Assembly: GCA_964187785.1 (NCBI GenBank)
Contig: OZ076415.1
Coordinates: forward strand, 24,056,001-24,120,000
DNA: 64,000 bases
Direction of reading: 5' to 3'
Source: Amphiscolops sp. MND2022
Lineage: Eukaryota
Shown here piece after piece: positions 11,639 to 24,918 of the stretch. The position numbers and the translations under genes were made by a program. The first letter of the stretch is position 1. Each line of letters begins with the position of its first letter. The notes under the pieces were generated by a model. That model saw only the letters and a program-made list of their open reading frames with translations, was not told the origin of the DNA and did no database searches.

Positions 11639-14600
11639 TTAGTTTTCAGTTTCAGCTTGTTCTTCGGTCTCGTTCATGATGACATCAATGCCATATCTCT
11701 CCGTTGGTCTTCTTTTGCGAGGTTCTCTCAGCTTGACATTTGACCACTCTACCGAGGCCTGTACTACTTTCTTTCTTGGTGACCTCTCTTCATTAGTTGC
11801 TCCTTCTGCTGCAGAGCCCGTTTCCTGTATTTTGATCATTTCCGGGGGATTTGCCTTTTCCGCGGGTTGAGCTTCTTCTTGGTTTTCAACCGTTTCCATC
11901 GTGGCGGTTGTTTCCATCTCCTCTGACGTATTGTCCGTTGCCACTGTTTCTTCGTCTTCAGTATCTTCCTGTTCCCGGGGCCTATACGTTTCATCATCAG
12001 AAGATTTTTCTAGCTCTCCCGTCTCGTTATCAATTTTCGAGCACCCCGCCTTTTGTTCTTCTGCTAGTTTAGTCTCACTTGCTTTAGCCACGTCTCTTTT
12101 TGCGTACACAACTTCTTTCTTACTATTTTTTGGTAAAAATGTGATTTTGTGAGCGCTTTCTTTTATCACTTTTCCGGTCTTTCTTTTGTACTGTCCTTCT
12201 AGTTTCGAGCCTTTAGTACGTTCCCTCACTAGGATTGTTGCGTCTGCTTCTTCCTCGAAGTCTGACTGTGTAAACTCAACCTTCGGATCGTTTTCTGAAA
12301 CAATTTCGATTTTGTTTATTATGTTTTTTTTTCACGGTATTTGGTTCCCGTCCGTATAGCTTTTCGAATGGTGATTTTCCGTCCGCTTTTTTTCCCATTC
12401 TTAGCGCGTATAGAATTTCCGACAAACCTGATTTATCTCTTTTCAAGATAATATTTCTATTCGTCCTTAATCTCTCGTTGAGAGTTCGGACTAGTCGTTC
12501 TATTTTACCGTTTCCCCGGTGATCACGTACCGGGCAAGTTACGTGTTTTATTTGGAACTGTTTACAAAATGTTTTAAATTCTTCACTAGTGAAAACTGAA
12601 CCAGGGTCTGATTTGATTTGCTTTGGTATACCGTACTGTGCCACGTAGTTTTTTAAAAGTTTGATAACTTTCTCGGTTGTAGGTTTATGTAAAAATGGGG
12701 CGTCAGGCCACGCGGAATAATTCTCTATCGCGACTAACAAATATTTTTTTCCATGTTCCTCATTTTGAAAGGGGCCCGCAAAATCAAGCGCAATTTCCTC
12801 AATTGGTTCTTTTGATTTTGGTATTTCCCCAAATTGTGACTGTTTTAATAGATTTTAGCAGCGTTTTTACCTTCTTTACTGCACTGCTCGCAACATTTTG
12901 CGGTATTTATCAGCTCGCGGTGAATCTTCGGCGACCAGATATCGGCCACGTACCGTAAAATGGTATCTCTTCCTGGATGACCATAATGAATAGAACTCAC
13001 AATTGACGAGCGAAGATTTGCAGGAATTACTAGGCGTTGGTCCATGTATAAATAATTTCTATGATCTACACTAAGGGCGTTAAGTTTCTCTCTCCATGGA
13101 GCAGGTAATCGAGAAGTTTTAGAGCCTTCCCTGGTTTTAACCAGTTGAATTACTTTTTGTAAAACTTTATCTGCTTCGTAATTACCCGGTAAGTACGCTT
13201 GATTTGTTTTATCAATTATTTCAGATGCGCTGGTTTGCATGATTTTGCTTTCTCGCTGTTTACTTACGCTAGCCAATTTATTGTCCGCACTGATTATGTG
13301 TTCGTTTTCGTTCGCTTTATTTTCGCGCAATTTGATTGGTTGCTTACCTTCTCGCTGTTTTGCTTTCGTCGCCTGTCTGTCCTCTTGATCATTCTTTACT
13401 CGTAATACCGAGTCAGGCGCGCGCGTCAGCTTCCTCTCTCTTGGTACATCCTGCGGATTTGTCTCATTCTCTGGAATGACATTAATTCTCGTGATTGTAT
13501 TTACCGTGAACCAATCGTTCCATAATTTTTCGGCTTTTACTGCTGTTCCTTTCACTTTGGTAGGGTGCCGGGATAAGTAATCCGCAAAACCTAGTACTTT
13601 GCCCGGCGCAATTAATAACTCGAACTCAAATGGTAATAGCCCATCCACCCATTTAGTTAGGCAGCTTGAAAACGTTTTATTTCCTCTGTTTGGTCGTAGT
13701 ACTGAAGCGAGCGCTTTATGATCTGGAATAACTTGAAATTTTACTCCATAAACATAATTTCGGAAATGTTCTATCGCCCATACTACAGCTAGCAGCTCTA
13801 GTTCATTTATCGAATATTTAGCTTCGAAATTCGTTAAAAATCTTGACGCAGATGACACCGGTTTCCATTCTTGGTTATCTTGCTGTTTTTGGAGCATGGC
13901 TCCGAGCCCTTGTTTGCTTGCATCGCAAATAATTCTTAGTTTCTTGTTTCTTTTAAAATGGGTCAATTCCGTTATCGATTTTATTTCTTGGTTTATTTTT
14001 AAAAAGGCTTCTTCATGCTCCTTTGTCCATTTCCATTCTGCTTCTTTCTTTAGGATCGATCTAAACGGTGCACAAATACTTGCGAGGTCGGGAACGAATT
14101 TATTCAATTGGTTGACCACCCCCAGGAAGGATCTCAATTCCTTCAAGTTGTTCGGTCTTAGCATTTCGCTAATTCCTTGGATTTTGCCATTTATCGGGGC
14201 TACGCCTTCACCTGATAATTTGTATCCCAACCATTCAATTTTTGTGCACGCTATTTTACATTCATCGGCTTTCAATTTCAAGTTGGCTTTGTCTAACACT
14301 TCTAATACTTCCCGAACTGTTTGCATATGTACACTTTTTTCACCTTTTGTAAAAATTAAAATATCATCTATATATACAAATGTACCATCCATATTTATAA
14401 GTGTTAAGTCCATTACTTTCTGAAAATCGGTCGGCATTTTTGTTAGTCCGTAATGCCCCGTTACAAATCTGTATGTTACCGTTGATTTTCCGCCTATTAT
14501 TTGGAAGTTACAGTGTTTTGCCGTACTTTCATCTAGCGGAATTTGTCCGTATGCATACTTCATATCTACAGACGGATAGAAAACTTGACCCTCTTTTCCG

Positions 14601-16370
14601 TCAGTTTTTTCCGCGACCATATCCATCAGATTTTCTAGATTTGGCATCTGGTACTTATCTTTTGCAATCGAGTCATTCAGCGCTCTTGCATCTAAAGCTA
14701 TTTTTACAGATCGATCTTTCTTTACCGTTATTACTACTGGTTGTATGAAAACATCATCTTTTATCGTTTCTACTCTTTCGATATGTCCTTGATCTAATAA
14801 ATTTGTTATTTCGCTATCAACTTGGTCTTGTAATTGGATTGGAATTCTACGTCTTTTCTGCTGTGTAATTCGCGTGCCGTCTTTCATTTCAGTTTTGATT
14901 TTATAATTGTTTACTCTGCCGCGTCGTTTAAATAGATTTGGGAACTCTTGAACTAATTACTGCGCGTCCCGGCTTAGCTTATTTTCTGATTCGTCGCTTT
15001 CGCGGGAAATGCTATTTTCTGCGTTCTCACATTTTGTGATTGGTGGTTCAATTCTGTGTTTCAGCGCTGTCAGCCATTCACATCCGCTGATCGATTTAGC
15101 TCCTTTCTTTGCCACCAGCACCCTTGCTTTTGACATTCTTGTTTTTCCTACTTGGATGCTGACAAACATATATCCCAATAACGGAAGCGTGCGTCGATTG
15201 AAGTCGACATCTCTTGCCATTTATCATATCTCTGACGACTACCCACCGTCTTCCAATTATTCTTCTCAATTCGCCTATCGCAAATATCGAGACAGGCGAC
15301 CCCGTATCGATTATGGCTCTGAATTTATTGCCGCACATCAAGCCTTCTATCTCGAACGGTTTCACTCCCGTCCCGTCAACCTGCAGGACCATTTCGTCTT
15401 CATCCAGTTCTTCTTCTGAATCTTCGGATATGTAATATACCCCGGAAAATCCTTTTCTGCGGTTTCGCATCCTCTGCTTCATTTGCCTTTTTCTCTCCGG
15501 ATACTTTTGATTGCAACACTTTTCCAGATGGCCTGTTATGTTGCAGAACTCGCATTTATGGTTTGTTGCTGGACATTTCTTTATGTAGTCGGTTGTAAAA
15601 TTGCCTGCCCCACACCGAAAGCATTCTCTGTTGTTCATCTTGTCCACAGCCTGAGCGCATACCGGTTCGGTCTTTATTGTTGGTTTTGAGCCTTCTGCCA
15701 CTCCTATCCCCATAGACCTTTGTCTTTTTATGCCTTCTTCATCTGATATGGCATATCGAAGGGCTTCTTGGGGGTCGTTAAGTGGTTCCACACACAGCTT
15801 CTCCTGCACTTTCTTATTGTTCATATTTAAAATGAAGACATCGTGCACTAGTGTTTGGGTGATTTCCCCTAATTCGCATTTCGAGGCCAAGCCGTTAAGC
15901 GCATGCCAAAACTGTTGTAGCGATTTGTTTGCTTGCTGCTTTTTGGATAGAAACTTGTGTCAATCTAACGTTCTGTTTCTTGCTATGTAGAAGCAATTCT
16001 CACATCTTTGCAGCATCTCTCTGTCTGTAATGTCCACACTGACAACTCTGGATATTTATCCTTGAAGAGTTTTCGTGCCGGTTCGCCAACTGACAGGAAT
16101 AGCCAAGTTACGACTTTCTTCTCAGTCGCTTCTTCTGGCATATCCCCTATTAGCGCTTTTACCCTAGGGTGACCCTCATCCACAGTTCTTGTCAGTTCAT
16201 CTATCGATATCGAATGTTTGGCCATCACAGCCACAGCAAATAAATCTATCCATCGTTCCCATTCCATCGCAGGGGGTTTGTCTGCGTGCGGTCAGAACAG
16301 TGGTAATCCCGGAAGTAATGAAGGAATTTCGTCCTTCTGCGAGGTAGTAGAGGTATTTGGCGAATTTGAT
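11639..16370 (-). pseudogene. gag-pol of element B, broken into ORFs 15983-16267, 15096-15890, 14957-15220, 12845-14887, 12276-12740 and 11639-12229
   Basis: Canonical gypsy domain order gag-PR-RT-RH-INT with frameshifts between the fragments. Confidence 0.92.
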
Positions 16371-16383
16371 GCTCGCAGCGCCA

Positions 16384-16572
16384 TGTTAAAGGGTATAATT
16401 GCGAAGCAAGAAGAAGTGGAGAATTAAGAATGAATTTCGTACTAAACTCCATACAAAGGCAACAGCAAATGATTGATCGTAATTTATCTGGCTCTAGCAT
16501 TTTAGCAGGTGTTTGTAAATAGTAGTATTTCAGTTCATTGTTATTCTAACTGCTCTTTTCACATCTACTACA
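16384..16572 (-). repeat. 5' LTR of element B
   Basis: Matches 11277-11460; adjacent to the PBS. Confidence 0.95.
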
Positions 16573-16789
16573 ACAGTACCCGCATGAAGAAAAAATTTTT
16601 TTTTAATTCAAAATTTGAAAAAAAAAATTTTTTGGTCCCCGGTAAGTCGCATAGTGCCGAAAAATGTAAAAGGGGACCTCAAAAAGCCTAATTAACCTCT
16701 GTCTCAAGTGCCAGTAGAAGTAGTGTGGCATTTGGTGTTAGTTCAAATCAGCTTATAAAGCTTATAAAATCTGTCACTTCGTTGGTCTT

Positions 16790-17110
16790 AGAAAAAAAAG
16801 AAAAGTCACTACTATAGTTTGCGTTTTTCTACGAAGAGCGCCGACTAAAAACGCAGTGCCACTGCGCCTCTTTTTTCTCGGTTTCAGGGACTTGTTCAAT
16901 GTTAGCTTTTCACCGTTTTTTTGTTTGTAAAATTTTCGATTTCTCAACTGTTTGACGGCCGTATTTGATTTTAAATGGTTCAAAAGTGACAGTTGGTCTC
17001 TGCTACTCAACCGTGTTTCAACAAGGGATGAAGTTGCACGACAGTTTTTGGTCGGCGCTTTATTGAAAAGAATAAGCGCTACTATTATAGTGGCTTTTCG
17101 TTGTTTTTCA
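16790..17110. mobile_element. Old MITE-like inverted-repeat element (GCGCCGACTAAAAA arms)
   Basis: GAGCGCCGACTAAAAAC at ~16836 and TTTTTGGTCGGCGCTTT at ~17045 lie within longer imperfect inverted arms. The same motif occurs at ~21345, ~25765 and ~59680. Confidence 0.55.
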
Positions 17111-18498
17111 AAAAAAATCAATTTAGATGGACTGACCAAATGAGTTCTACAAAATATCTACAAAATCTTAAAATCGTGAAATGTAACATTTGGCCCAGCA
17201 CGCTATATCCGTACTTTTGGGTGTTATTTGGGAAGTAAATCGCGTTTCATTAAGGAGGAAGCGGAGGTTCGAAATTATTGCGCTATATCCGATTTTTGTC
17301 GTTATATCCGAAGGGCTTGCAAGCCTTCAAGTCGTTTTCCGGCACTGTGAGTTTGAGAACTTTTCCAAGAACAATATTGGCGTTTTGAAGTACTTTGCAT
17401 TTTTTGAGCCTTAAGCGGAGCGCTAACTTATGACATTCCTGTCTGGTTGTAACTAGAAATGTTAACGAATACTAAAGAGTAATCCATTGATCAAATTGAA
17501 GTAGTTCGATGTTTATTTTTTTTCACCACGAAAATTTTTTTGTGGGCCATATTGACGAAAGAATTTTTGAATATTCACGAAAGACTGAGAGACTAAGACA
17601 ACCTACGAAAGTAAATGATAGACCTTCTCCAAAAACGGAACTTTTTATAATTATTTGTGAAAATTAACACATCTTTTCATCTCTCCTACAGATTCCGCTT
17701 GCCTTCAACCTCCAGTGGAGTTGTTGATTGAATTCTTGGTACGGCAACGGTGGCCGTAAAATACACGGCAGGGAAAGAAAGAGTCACAAACAGTAGAATT
17801 TGAGAAAAAGTGTGACTACTAATTTAATGTTTATTGACAAATGGCGGAAAAAGCCGGAGGCCAAGTCAATTGGAAATCAACTATTCATGAATTAATCCAT
17901 CTCCTAATGAGATTCTTCTTCCTTTTTTCCTTTCCCGGCCCGGGGCGCAGTCGAAAGAAGAAAGATTGAGCTATCAACAGTGTTCGTCATTGGGAGGAGA
18001 AACAGCCACTAGTTGCGTCATTTGCGCGGGAAAATCAATCATCGAGGAGAGCTTACTTTCCCGCACTACAAGTGACGGGAGATTATTAATCAAGAGGTGA
18101 GAGACACGCAAAATAAGGGAGAAGTATAGCGAAGAAGGGTGACTACAGCAAACCAGGATGGGTAAAAAGGGCATGGGTGTCAAAACTGATTTCGAATAGG
18201 GGGGGGGGGGCTGTGGAAAAAAGACTTGAAAATTAAGATGCACTGGGATGGAAAAGTAGATTGAGAAAAGTGAAAAATGGGAAAAGATGGAATAAATTAG
18301 AGGCATGGGAGCGTAACGGGTGTCTTAATTGAACAGAAGGTATACTTTAACACACTCGAGTAAATTTCTCTGCGATTGAGAAGCTCTTAATGCAGTCGAA
18401 TGAATCAATCTTTTTCGCAATGAGTGGAGAAAGAAATGGATTGAAGGAGGGATGCAAATTTTCATAGCACCAAGAGAAGAGTGTACTTCGCTACTCAC

Positions 18499-18537
18499 TT
18501 CCCCTTTTCCCCAATTTGCAGTTTCTGACACAGTTCC
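18499..18537 (-). CDS. Candidate 39-nt microexon (GTVSETANWGKGE in phase 0)
   Basis: Acceptor CATCTCAG, donor GAA|GTGAGT, length a multiple of 3. Confidence 0.4.
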
Positions 18538-19219
18538 CTGAGATGGCACGCGGCACAAATTGGGCCAAATGAAGCGATTAAACTGGGATTTATTGGCGAA
18601 ATTGATTGGGAAGTAACGAAAGAGGGGGAAATTGAACCGTAATTGAAAATGTTATGTTTGGATAAGGGGTTAAGTTAATCCTTTCGTGATTCATTGTCTA
18701 ATTAAATTTTGCGTTTGTTTCTGCGTTTAAGGCGAACAAAGTATTGAAAAGAGAAGTCCAATTTAGCTATTCAAAAATGGTCTGTGAAACTTGGAAGTTT
18801 TTAGGACAACGGTTGTGATTATATTGAGTTTTAGAGAATTGAAAAAAAAGCAAACGTAAAAATTTTTCAGTACTCAAATAAGTCATGAAAATTTTGTGCG
18901 AAACTAAATTGGTCAATATCTGAAAATTAAACCGGTGAGAATTAGTTTACAATAGCTGAATTTACAATTTTTACCGCTTTTTCCGGTACTCTTGCGAAAC
19001 TTGGTGAGCAGATTTGATTTAAAAAATTGGAAAAAAAACTGAGATATCGATTTTGTAATCATACGAGAGCAACACCCAGCCATTTTGACTGCTAACGCTT
19101 TTCCAGAAAAATATGTGTATAGTAAAATTTTAACGTCGAATAATCTTCGAAAGTTCCATACTTCACGTTCAATTTTGAGAACAGAAACGATGATTTTATT
19201 GATAGGGCGTCAAGACGAA

Positions 19220-19580
19220 ATACCAGAAGGAAGTACCAGAGGACCAAATACAAGAAGACAAAACACCATGTAGTAAAAAAACTATGAGAACAAAATATCA
19301 CAGACACAAAGTTATGAGTGAAGTTAATTTCTTAAAGTGACTTAAATACAGGAGCGGAGCAGCGGCTTTTTCATCCTTGTCCAAGATTTTGACGAAGGCC
19401 GACCTGGGGGGACGCGAAGCTCCATAGTTAACTTTCCTTGGATGTTTCAGTCTGTTATGTCAAACAGCTAATTTCACGCATAAATATTCACGTCTGGTTA
19501 TTTGGCTTCATGGCATTAATACCAAAATTTTGACTGTATGGTATTTTGTCTTCTGATATTTTGTCCTCTGGTGATATTAT
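19220..19580. repeat. Imperfect ~55-bp inverted repeat pair (MITE-like remnant)
   Basis: CCAGAGGACCAAATACAAGAAGACAAAACACCATG (~19235) versus ATGGTATTTTGTCTTCTGATATTTTGTCCTCTGG (~19540). Confidence 0.55.
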
Positions 19581-19994
19581 CCAAATTGGAGTTTTTATCA
19601 CAAGTCAAAGGATGAGTTGATTAACAATTTATGATTGTAACCTAAGTTGGCCTACTGGACTCAGTGCAAACTTATCATTACAACCATTTAAACATCGCCC
19701 GATACTCAAGAACCTTATTTGTTTCGTGTGGAATCAAAACATTTAACTGTACTGCTTTTCGTGTTTTGAAAGTATAAATTGGAATATAAATTGATCATAA
19801 ATGTCCGTCGAAATGATTTGCTTCATTTAATTAAAATTTCCTTCGCCAAAAGATCTTAATATAAAATTTAACAAGCCGGGAACGGCCCAAGTCTGTGCCC
19901 ACGCAAGGTTCCAAAAGAGCAAAATGTTTTGAATGTGCGAAGGGTTACTATAATGAAAATTTTCATCAAAATTAGTTCGCATGAGTCTCCAAAC

Positions 19995-20736
19995 GGTTTA
20001 GTATCATTTCACCCCACGTTCATTTCACCCCATATCATTTCACCCTATGTCATTTCACCCCACATTCATTTCACCCCACATTCATTTCACCCCAGGTTCA
20101 CTTCACCCCAGATTCATTTCACCCCACGTTCATTTCACCCCACGTTCATTTCACCCCACATTTAAATTATCAAATGCGTCTCAGATTAATTACTGAAGCC
20201 GCCCAATTTCAATCTTAGCGCTAATAGAAAAGGGTCTTGAATCTAATTACCAATTAGATAAGTAAACGATGCTTTCTATGTGAACCACAAATTCGAAACC
20301 GAATAGTTTCATTTATCGGAATTGTAATACTTTTGAAAAAGGCGCTGAAAAAAAATTTCTTCTGTCAATCAAAATTTACAATTATGGATGTTGCGAATCT
20401 TCAGCGAAAAATTTCTTATTCGGTGTTTCTACGACAAAAAAATCCTACAGATCAGAAACTGACAATCAAATCAAAGCTGACTCAAAGACAGTAGGCATCA
20501 AAGTTTAATTGCTAATTGGTTAATTAAGGCGAGACGCTTTTGTATAATTACAATATGGTGTGAAGTGAAAATGAGGTGAAATGAACGTGGGGTGAAATGA
20601 TTGTGGGGTGAAATGATTGTGGGGTGAAATGAATGTGGGGTGAAATGAATATGGGGTGAAATGAACGTGGGGTGAAATGAATGTGGGGTGAAGTGATATG
20701 GGGTGAAATGATTTTGGGGTGAAATGAACGCACACC
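19995..20736. mobile_element. Foldback element with 15-bp tandem-repeat TIRs (TTCATTTCACCCCAC)n and 8-bp TSD
   Basis: About 10-11 units at 20003-20160 and an inverted array at 20557-20730; GG...CC ends; TSD CTCCAAAC at 19987-19994 and 20737-20744. Inserted in an ACAAG repeat that starts at 19871. Confidence 0.88.
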
Positions 20737-21159
20737 CTCCAAACTCGCTTCTACCTTATCTCGAAATATCAAAAAACCTATTTTAAGAAAAGCCGAAAAA
20801 TTTTTCTGTCCAGAAAAGTCTCTCAGTGCCGAAAAACTCAAAAGGGGATCCTCTAAATTAGCAAAACGCTTTTTTCCAAACCAAAAACGTTTTTGAAATG
20901 AAGGGTGTACTCTCTGACCAAATGAAACTTCTTTTTTAAAAATGTCGCACATTGCTGAAAAAACCGTAGGTCTTTTCCACGACATTGATATAACACTCAT
21001 CAGTCCCGCGGGAACTGAAACTAACCAAAGATTTCACCCTTAGGACTCAGAAAACGGATTTCCTTAACAAAAAGGCCGAATAGTGCCGAAAAACACGAAG
21101 GGGACCTTCTATGCGCGCAAAATGTTTTGTTTGTTCTAAAAATTGAAGGGACTTCAAGT

Positions 21160-21255
21160 TTCTTGCGGGACTCGAAGCCAGGTATTCTTGCTTCTCAGGC
21201 CCCGTAACCAGGTCTGTAAATCCGCGTTAACCATTGGGCCAAACGACGGTTCCAC
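21160..21255 (-). mobile_element. tRNA-derived SINE-like head
   Basis: Minus strand shows an A-box (TGGCCCAATGG) and a B-box-like GGCTTCGAGTCCC. Spacing is too long for a tRNA and no clean cloverleaf is visible. Confidence 0.55.
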
Positions 21256-21969
21256 TACTTATAAATACAATTTATAGCCCTTTCAAAATTTATAGGAGTG
21301 GACTTTTCACGGTGACCAAAGAACAAGTTTGCTATTTTCAAAAATCGCCGACTAAAATTAATTGAAACCAATATTTAGTTACATGACTCGGCGTTCTTCC
21401 TCCTGGCGAGCTTTCCGAACTTTCCAAGTAAAATTACTTTGCTCCATGGCGATTTACTCCTGGCTTAAGAGCACTATCAGTAATTGAACGTCTCAATATA
21501 CGATTCTATAACTTCGGATATTTGTCGTAGTAGAGGTTTGGCGTGTTAACTTCAGAGATTTTCACTTAGAAATATTCAACAAAGGACATGTAAACTTGGT
21601 AGATTTCAACCCGACACCCCGCAAATAACGATAGTTTAGCTGGTAGTGCTAACAGTAACAAGGTGATCGAAAACAAAAAAAATGTTTTCTGACGGTACTT
21701 GATATGACTCTTATAATAAAGATTCCTAGCATTCCTCTTTCGAAATTCAAGAGGTTTGTGTGAATGAGAATAAAAGGGGGGAGGACCTTTTCAGGGATTT
21801 CAAGAGTGAATGGGAATATGCAAGAATATGCAAGGTTTTGACAAACGTTTCAAGATCTTTTGCGCTGGGTGGTGCTTCATTATAAAATTTATCTTTGCTT
21901 GAAATTAAAAAAATACTTTTGAAAGTTTAGGTAAAAACCAATTTTCATGTTGAATAAGCATTTTCTTAC

Positions 21970-21993
21970 CTGGTGCAGAATATTGTTTACAAG
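21970..21993 (-). CDS. Candidate 24-nt microexon (LVNNILHQ in phase 0)
   Basis: Strong acceptor TTTTTTTACAG and donor CAG|GTAAGA; length a multiple of 3. Confidence 0.5.
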
Positions 21994-24189
21994 CTGTAAA
22001 AAAATTCTATTTGGGAGATGAACAGTAATTTACGAAAACTCTATGTAATTAGTTTATAACTTATAGTTTGATGAAGAAGTAAATTTAAAAATAAAACGGG
22101 AAACGTTTTATAAGTTGCTGCAAGTTGTGATCGCAAGGTTGAAGAATTCACGCAACAAACGACATGTTGCGAAATCAAAAAGCAAACACACTTGAGTTTA
22201 TCAGTTATAATAACTTGTAAAATCGGGTTAATATAAACCTGAACGGTTGGGTGCAATCAGAACACTTCGCGGCAATTCAAACAGGATGGAGGGTCAGATC
22301 AACATGTGTTCAACCGACTTATTAGAAAGTTACAACTTGTAATTCTTTGTATAAATTGAAACTTGTAACCTAGTTGCAAAATCCACCAATGTACTGATAA
22401 GTTCGTTCAGTTCAATTCGTTATAAGTTTCAGTGAAAAACATCTTAGTATCTTGCTTATCTGTTGCGGTGAAAAAAGAGACTCGAAACCAGCAGACCAGC
22501 AAAAATAAGACAATGAAAAGCAAAGTTCATCAGATAAAAGAGAAAATAATTACTAAAATGACATCATTGGCGCATCAAGACCTTTGCATTGAGAAAAGCC
22601 GAAAGCAGCAACAGACGACAAAGTTTGAACAGAACTTGACAAAAGTATTGATTCGGTCAAAAAGAACGACCTTTACACTTCACTTTTTAATATCCGCTGA
22701 AATGATGCTTAGAACAGACAAAAACCTGAAACGAACCCTCTGTAGAAGTCTTTCAATTTTTTTATTGTCATAAAAATCCCATAATGTATTTTTTCAACTT
22801 CAAATGTTCATGTGAGCAGAACCGAAATTATTGGCTAATGTATTTCGAATGTACATCATACTTTTTTTGTCCTCAAAGACGTAAAACCTGACAGTTCTTT
22901 TGTTTTCTTTTCAGTTTTGAATTTGTCTCATATATGATCAGTCACTTACCTAACCGCTCATTTTGTATGTTCAAGCCGATAGTTTGGTTGACTATATATT
23001 TTTTCGGGACAATGATGTAAATCTTTCACTACAGGAGATCTTATTTCGATATTTTCCAGATATTCCACAGTTGAAAATTGGGTTGGTTTTACGTCAGGTT
23101 CTATCTTCGTGGAACTGATAATTTCGCAATTGATTCTTCAAAAGGTAAAATTTATTGGGAGGTTTTCACTGATCACGATGCCACAGTTCACTAAAGCGCT
23201 ACTACAGGAGAACCCTCAAAACCGTTTTCCTCATTGGATCAACCTAAATTACCAAAAAAGGCAACCTGTGAAGAAAACTATGTCCTCAAACAAGGTAACA
23301 TGCCAGTTCAGAATTGCAGAGATGATATGCAAATAAAGCCCCAACTGTTAGGTAGTCCATAAAATGAGAGCAGTTGGTATACAGCGAGGTTCACCCAATA
23401 ACGAACATTGTTTTCAAGCGGAAGCAGGTATTTCGAAATTTCAAAGTTTATATCAGAACAAGTTTACGTAGCAAGCTTGGACACCTGTCCGACTTTTTAC
23501 ATTTGCAAATCATTTTCATGTTCTTGGATTTTATTTTGTTCACATTGATTTGATCTTGGTTGGTTTGGGAAAATTAAGGTGTCTTGGCAAGCTCTTGATT
23601 TTTATCATGAGTATCGCGCGACAAATTTTGCTCTCTTGAAAATCGTGACATAACCATAAATGTTGGATATCTTAGAAGATTTTGCAAGACTTCACAAGTC
23701 CTTTGTGAAATCGTGAAGATATCAGTGACTCGTTGAGAGCAAGTAAATGCTGAAATGAACCTATCGGGTAAAATAAGCCAGCAAAACCATTTGTCGCGAG
23801 GTAAAGGGGAGGACGCATTCTTTTCTTCAAAATGAACTTTTTTTTTCATAAATTATTAATTCCAGTTTCATCTTTAGACAGTTACAAATGAAAAAGTGTA
23901 TAAGTTACATAGTGCCATATAAGGTCCAGAGAACGATCAGCTGGTCACAAAACCCGGGGTACTATTACAGTGAAAGGGTGATTGGCAGTTCTAACTTTTA
24001 TAACTGCACCTGTCCAAAATGAAGACAGCTTGATTGTAATTCTTTTCGTTTGGACTCTAAAAACTATACCTTTTTTCAATTGCACCAATTCTTTCGTTAT
24101 TGCATGTAATTGCATATAAAGATGAAACGATGAGATTTGCTAGTAACCAAACTTATTGACATTTGCACGAAAACTCATCAGTTGCGCTT

Positions 24190-24790
24190 TAGAAATCTGG
24201 ACTGCGATTTAATCTTGTTCTCGAATGCCAGAATGAACTCAATCCTAAAAACAGGTTTTGTAAAGTTTTGAAGCAATTGGCAGCGATTTGCGATTCCAGC
24301 AATATCACTGCAACCTTGGTACATGACAAATTCCTTTTACCCATGACCAACAAAAAGGTTCGAAAAAACTTTGCATTGAGCCGCAGGAGAACCCAAAAAG
24401 AAGCTGTACAATTTGCATTAGGCAAGGATTGTGATACAAAAACGACAACTGACCCAAGATTTCTCAAAAAATGCAACAGAGAACGAACTAAGTGTCTAAG
24501 TTTGCAGTGGCCCTAGTCGAATCCACTCAAAGTTTACCATACCGCATACATGAAAGAAAGCTTTTTTAAAATAAAACACGGAAACTGCAGGGACCCTGTA
24601 AGGCAAGATTTTGCTAAACAAATAAAAGGCTCAAAACGTATCCATGCACTTTAAAAGAACTTCCAAGCAGTTCACAGAATTTCTCGGAAAAGGAAGCAAA
24701 AACGCAGAAACTCCGAGCGATGTTAAATCTCCAAACAGTTTGAAAAAGTTTGTCTTTATGATAAATCCTAGTATCCTTCATCGAAAATTT
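24190..24790 (+). pseudogene. Decayed gypsy gag fragment
   Basis: LAAICDSSNITATLVHDKFLLPMTNKKV resembles element B gag (ASKCELGEITQTLVHDVFILNMNNKKV). An inverted homolog lies at 52150-52745. Confidence 0.75.
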
Positions 24791-24918
24791 GGGCAAAAAT
24801 CTATTGCTTCAAAACCAGAACAGTCAAACAGACACAAAAAGACAGTTCGGAAGTCTCCAAAGACTTTTTTATTCTTTAGTTGAAGTTCTCCAGGCCAAGA
24901 GTGCTTTATCGGCCTTAC

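Larger units (their letters stand above)
11277..16572 (-). mobile_element. Full-length Ty3/gypsy LTR retrotransposon (Mag-like), element B, with a few frameshifts
   Basis: LTRs 11277-11460 and 16384-16572 (4 substitutions plus one 5-bp indel by eye); perfect TSD ACAGT; PBS TGGCGCTGCGAGCA (16370-16383); PPT AAAACGGGGAG. gag (CFRCGAG...CPA...CEFCNITGHLEKCC), PR (IDTGSPVSIF), RT (YIDDILI), RH (ELELLAVVWAIEHF), INT (SDPGSVF...IERLVRTLNE). Confidence 0.96.
11188..16690 (+). mobile_element. ACAAG-headed repeat copy split by gypsy element B (11188-11276 plus 16573-16690)
   Basis: Head at 11188; body motif CATAGTGCCGAAAAATGTAAAAGGGGACC resumes at ~16650 after the LTR element. Confidence 0.6.

Noticed and set aside
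19929-21000. ORFs rich in SFHPTFISPH repeats
   Set aside because: Translations of the 15-bp tandem TIR arrays, not genes.
22400-23850. Coding-like composition and several short ORFs
   Set aside because: Many stops in all frames and no motif I can recognise. Possibly very old TE or viral debris, but not supportable.
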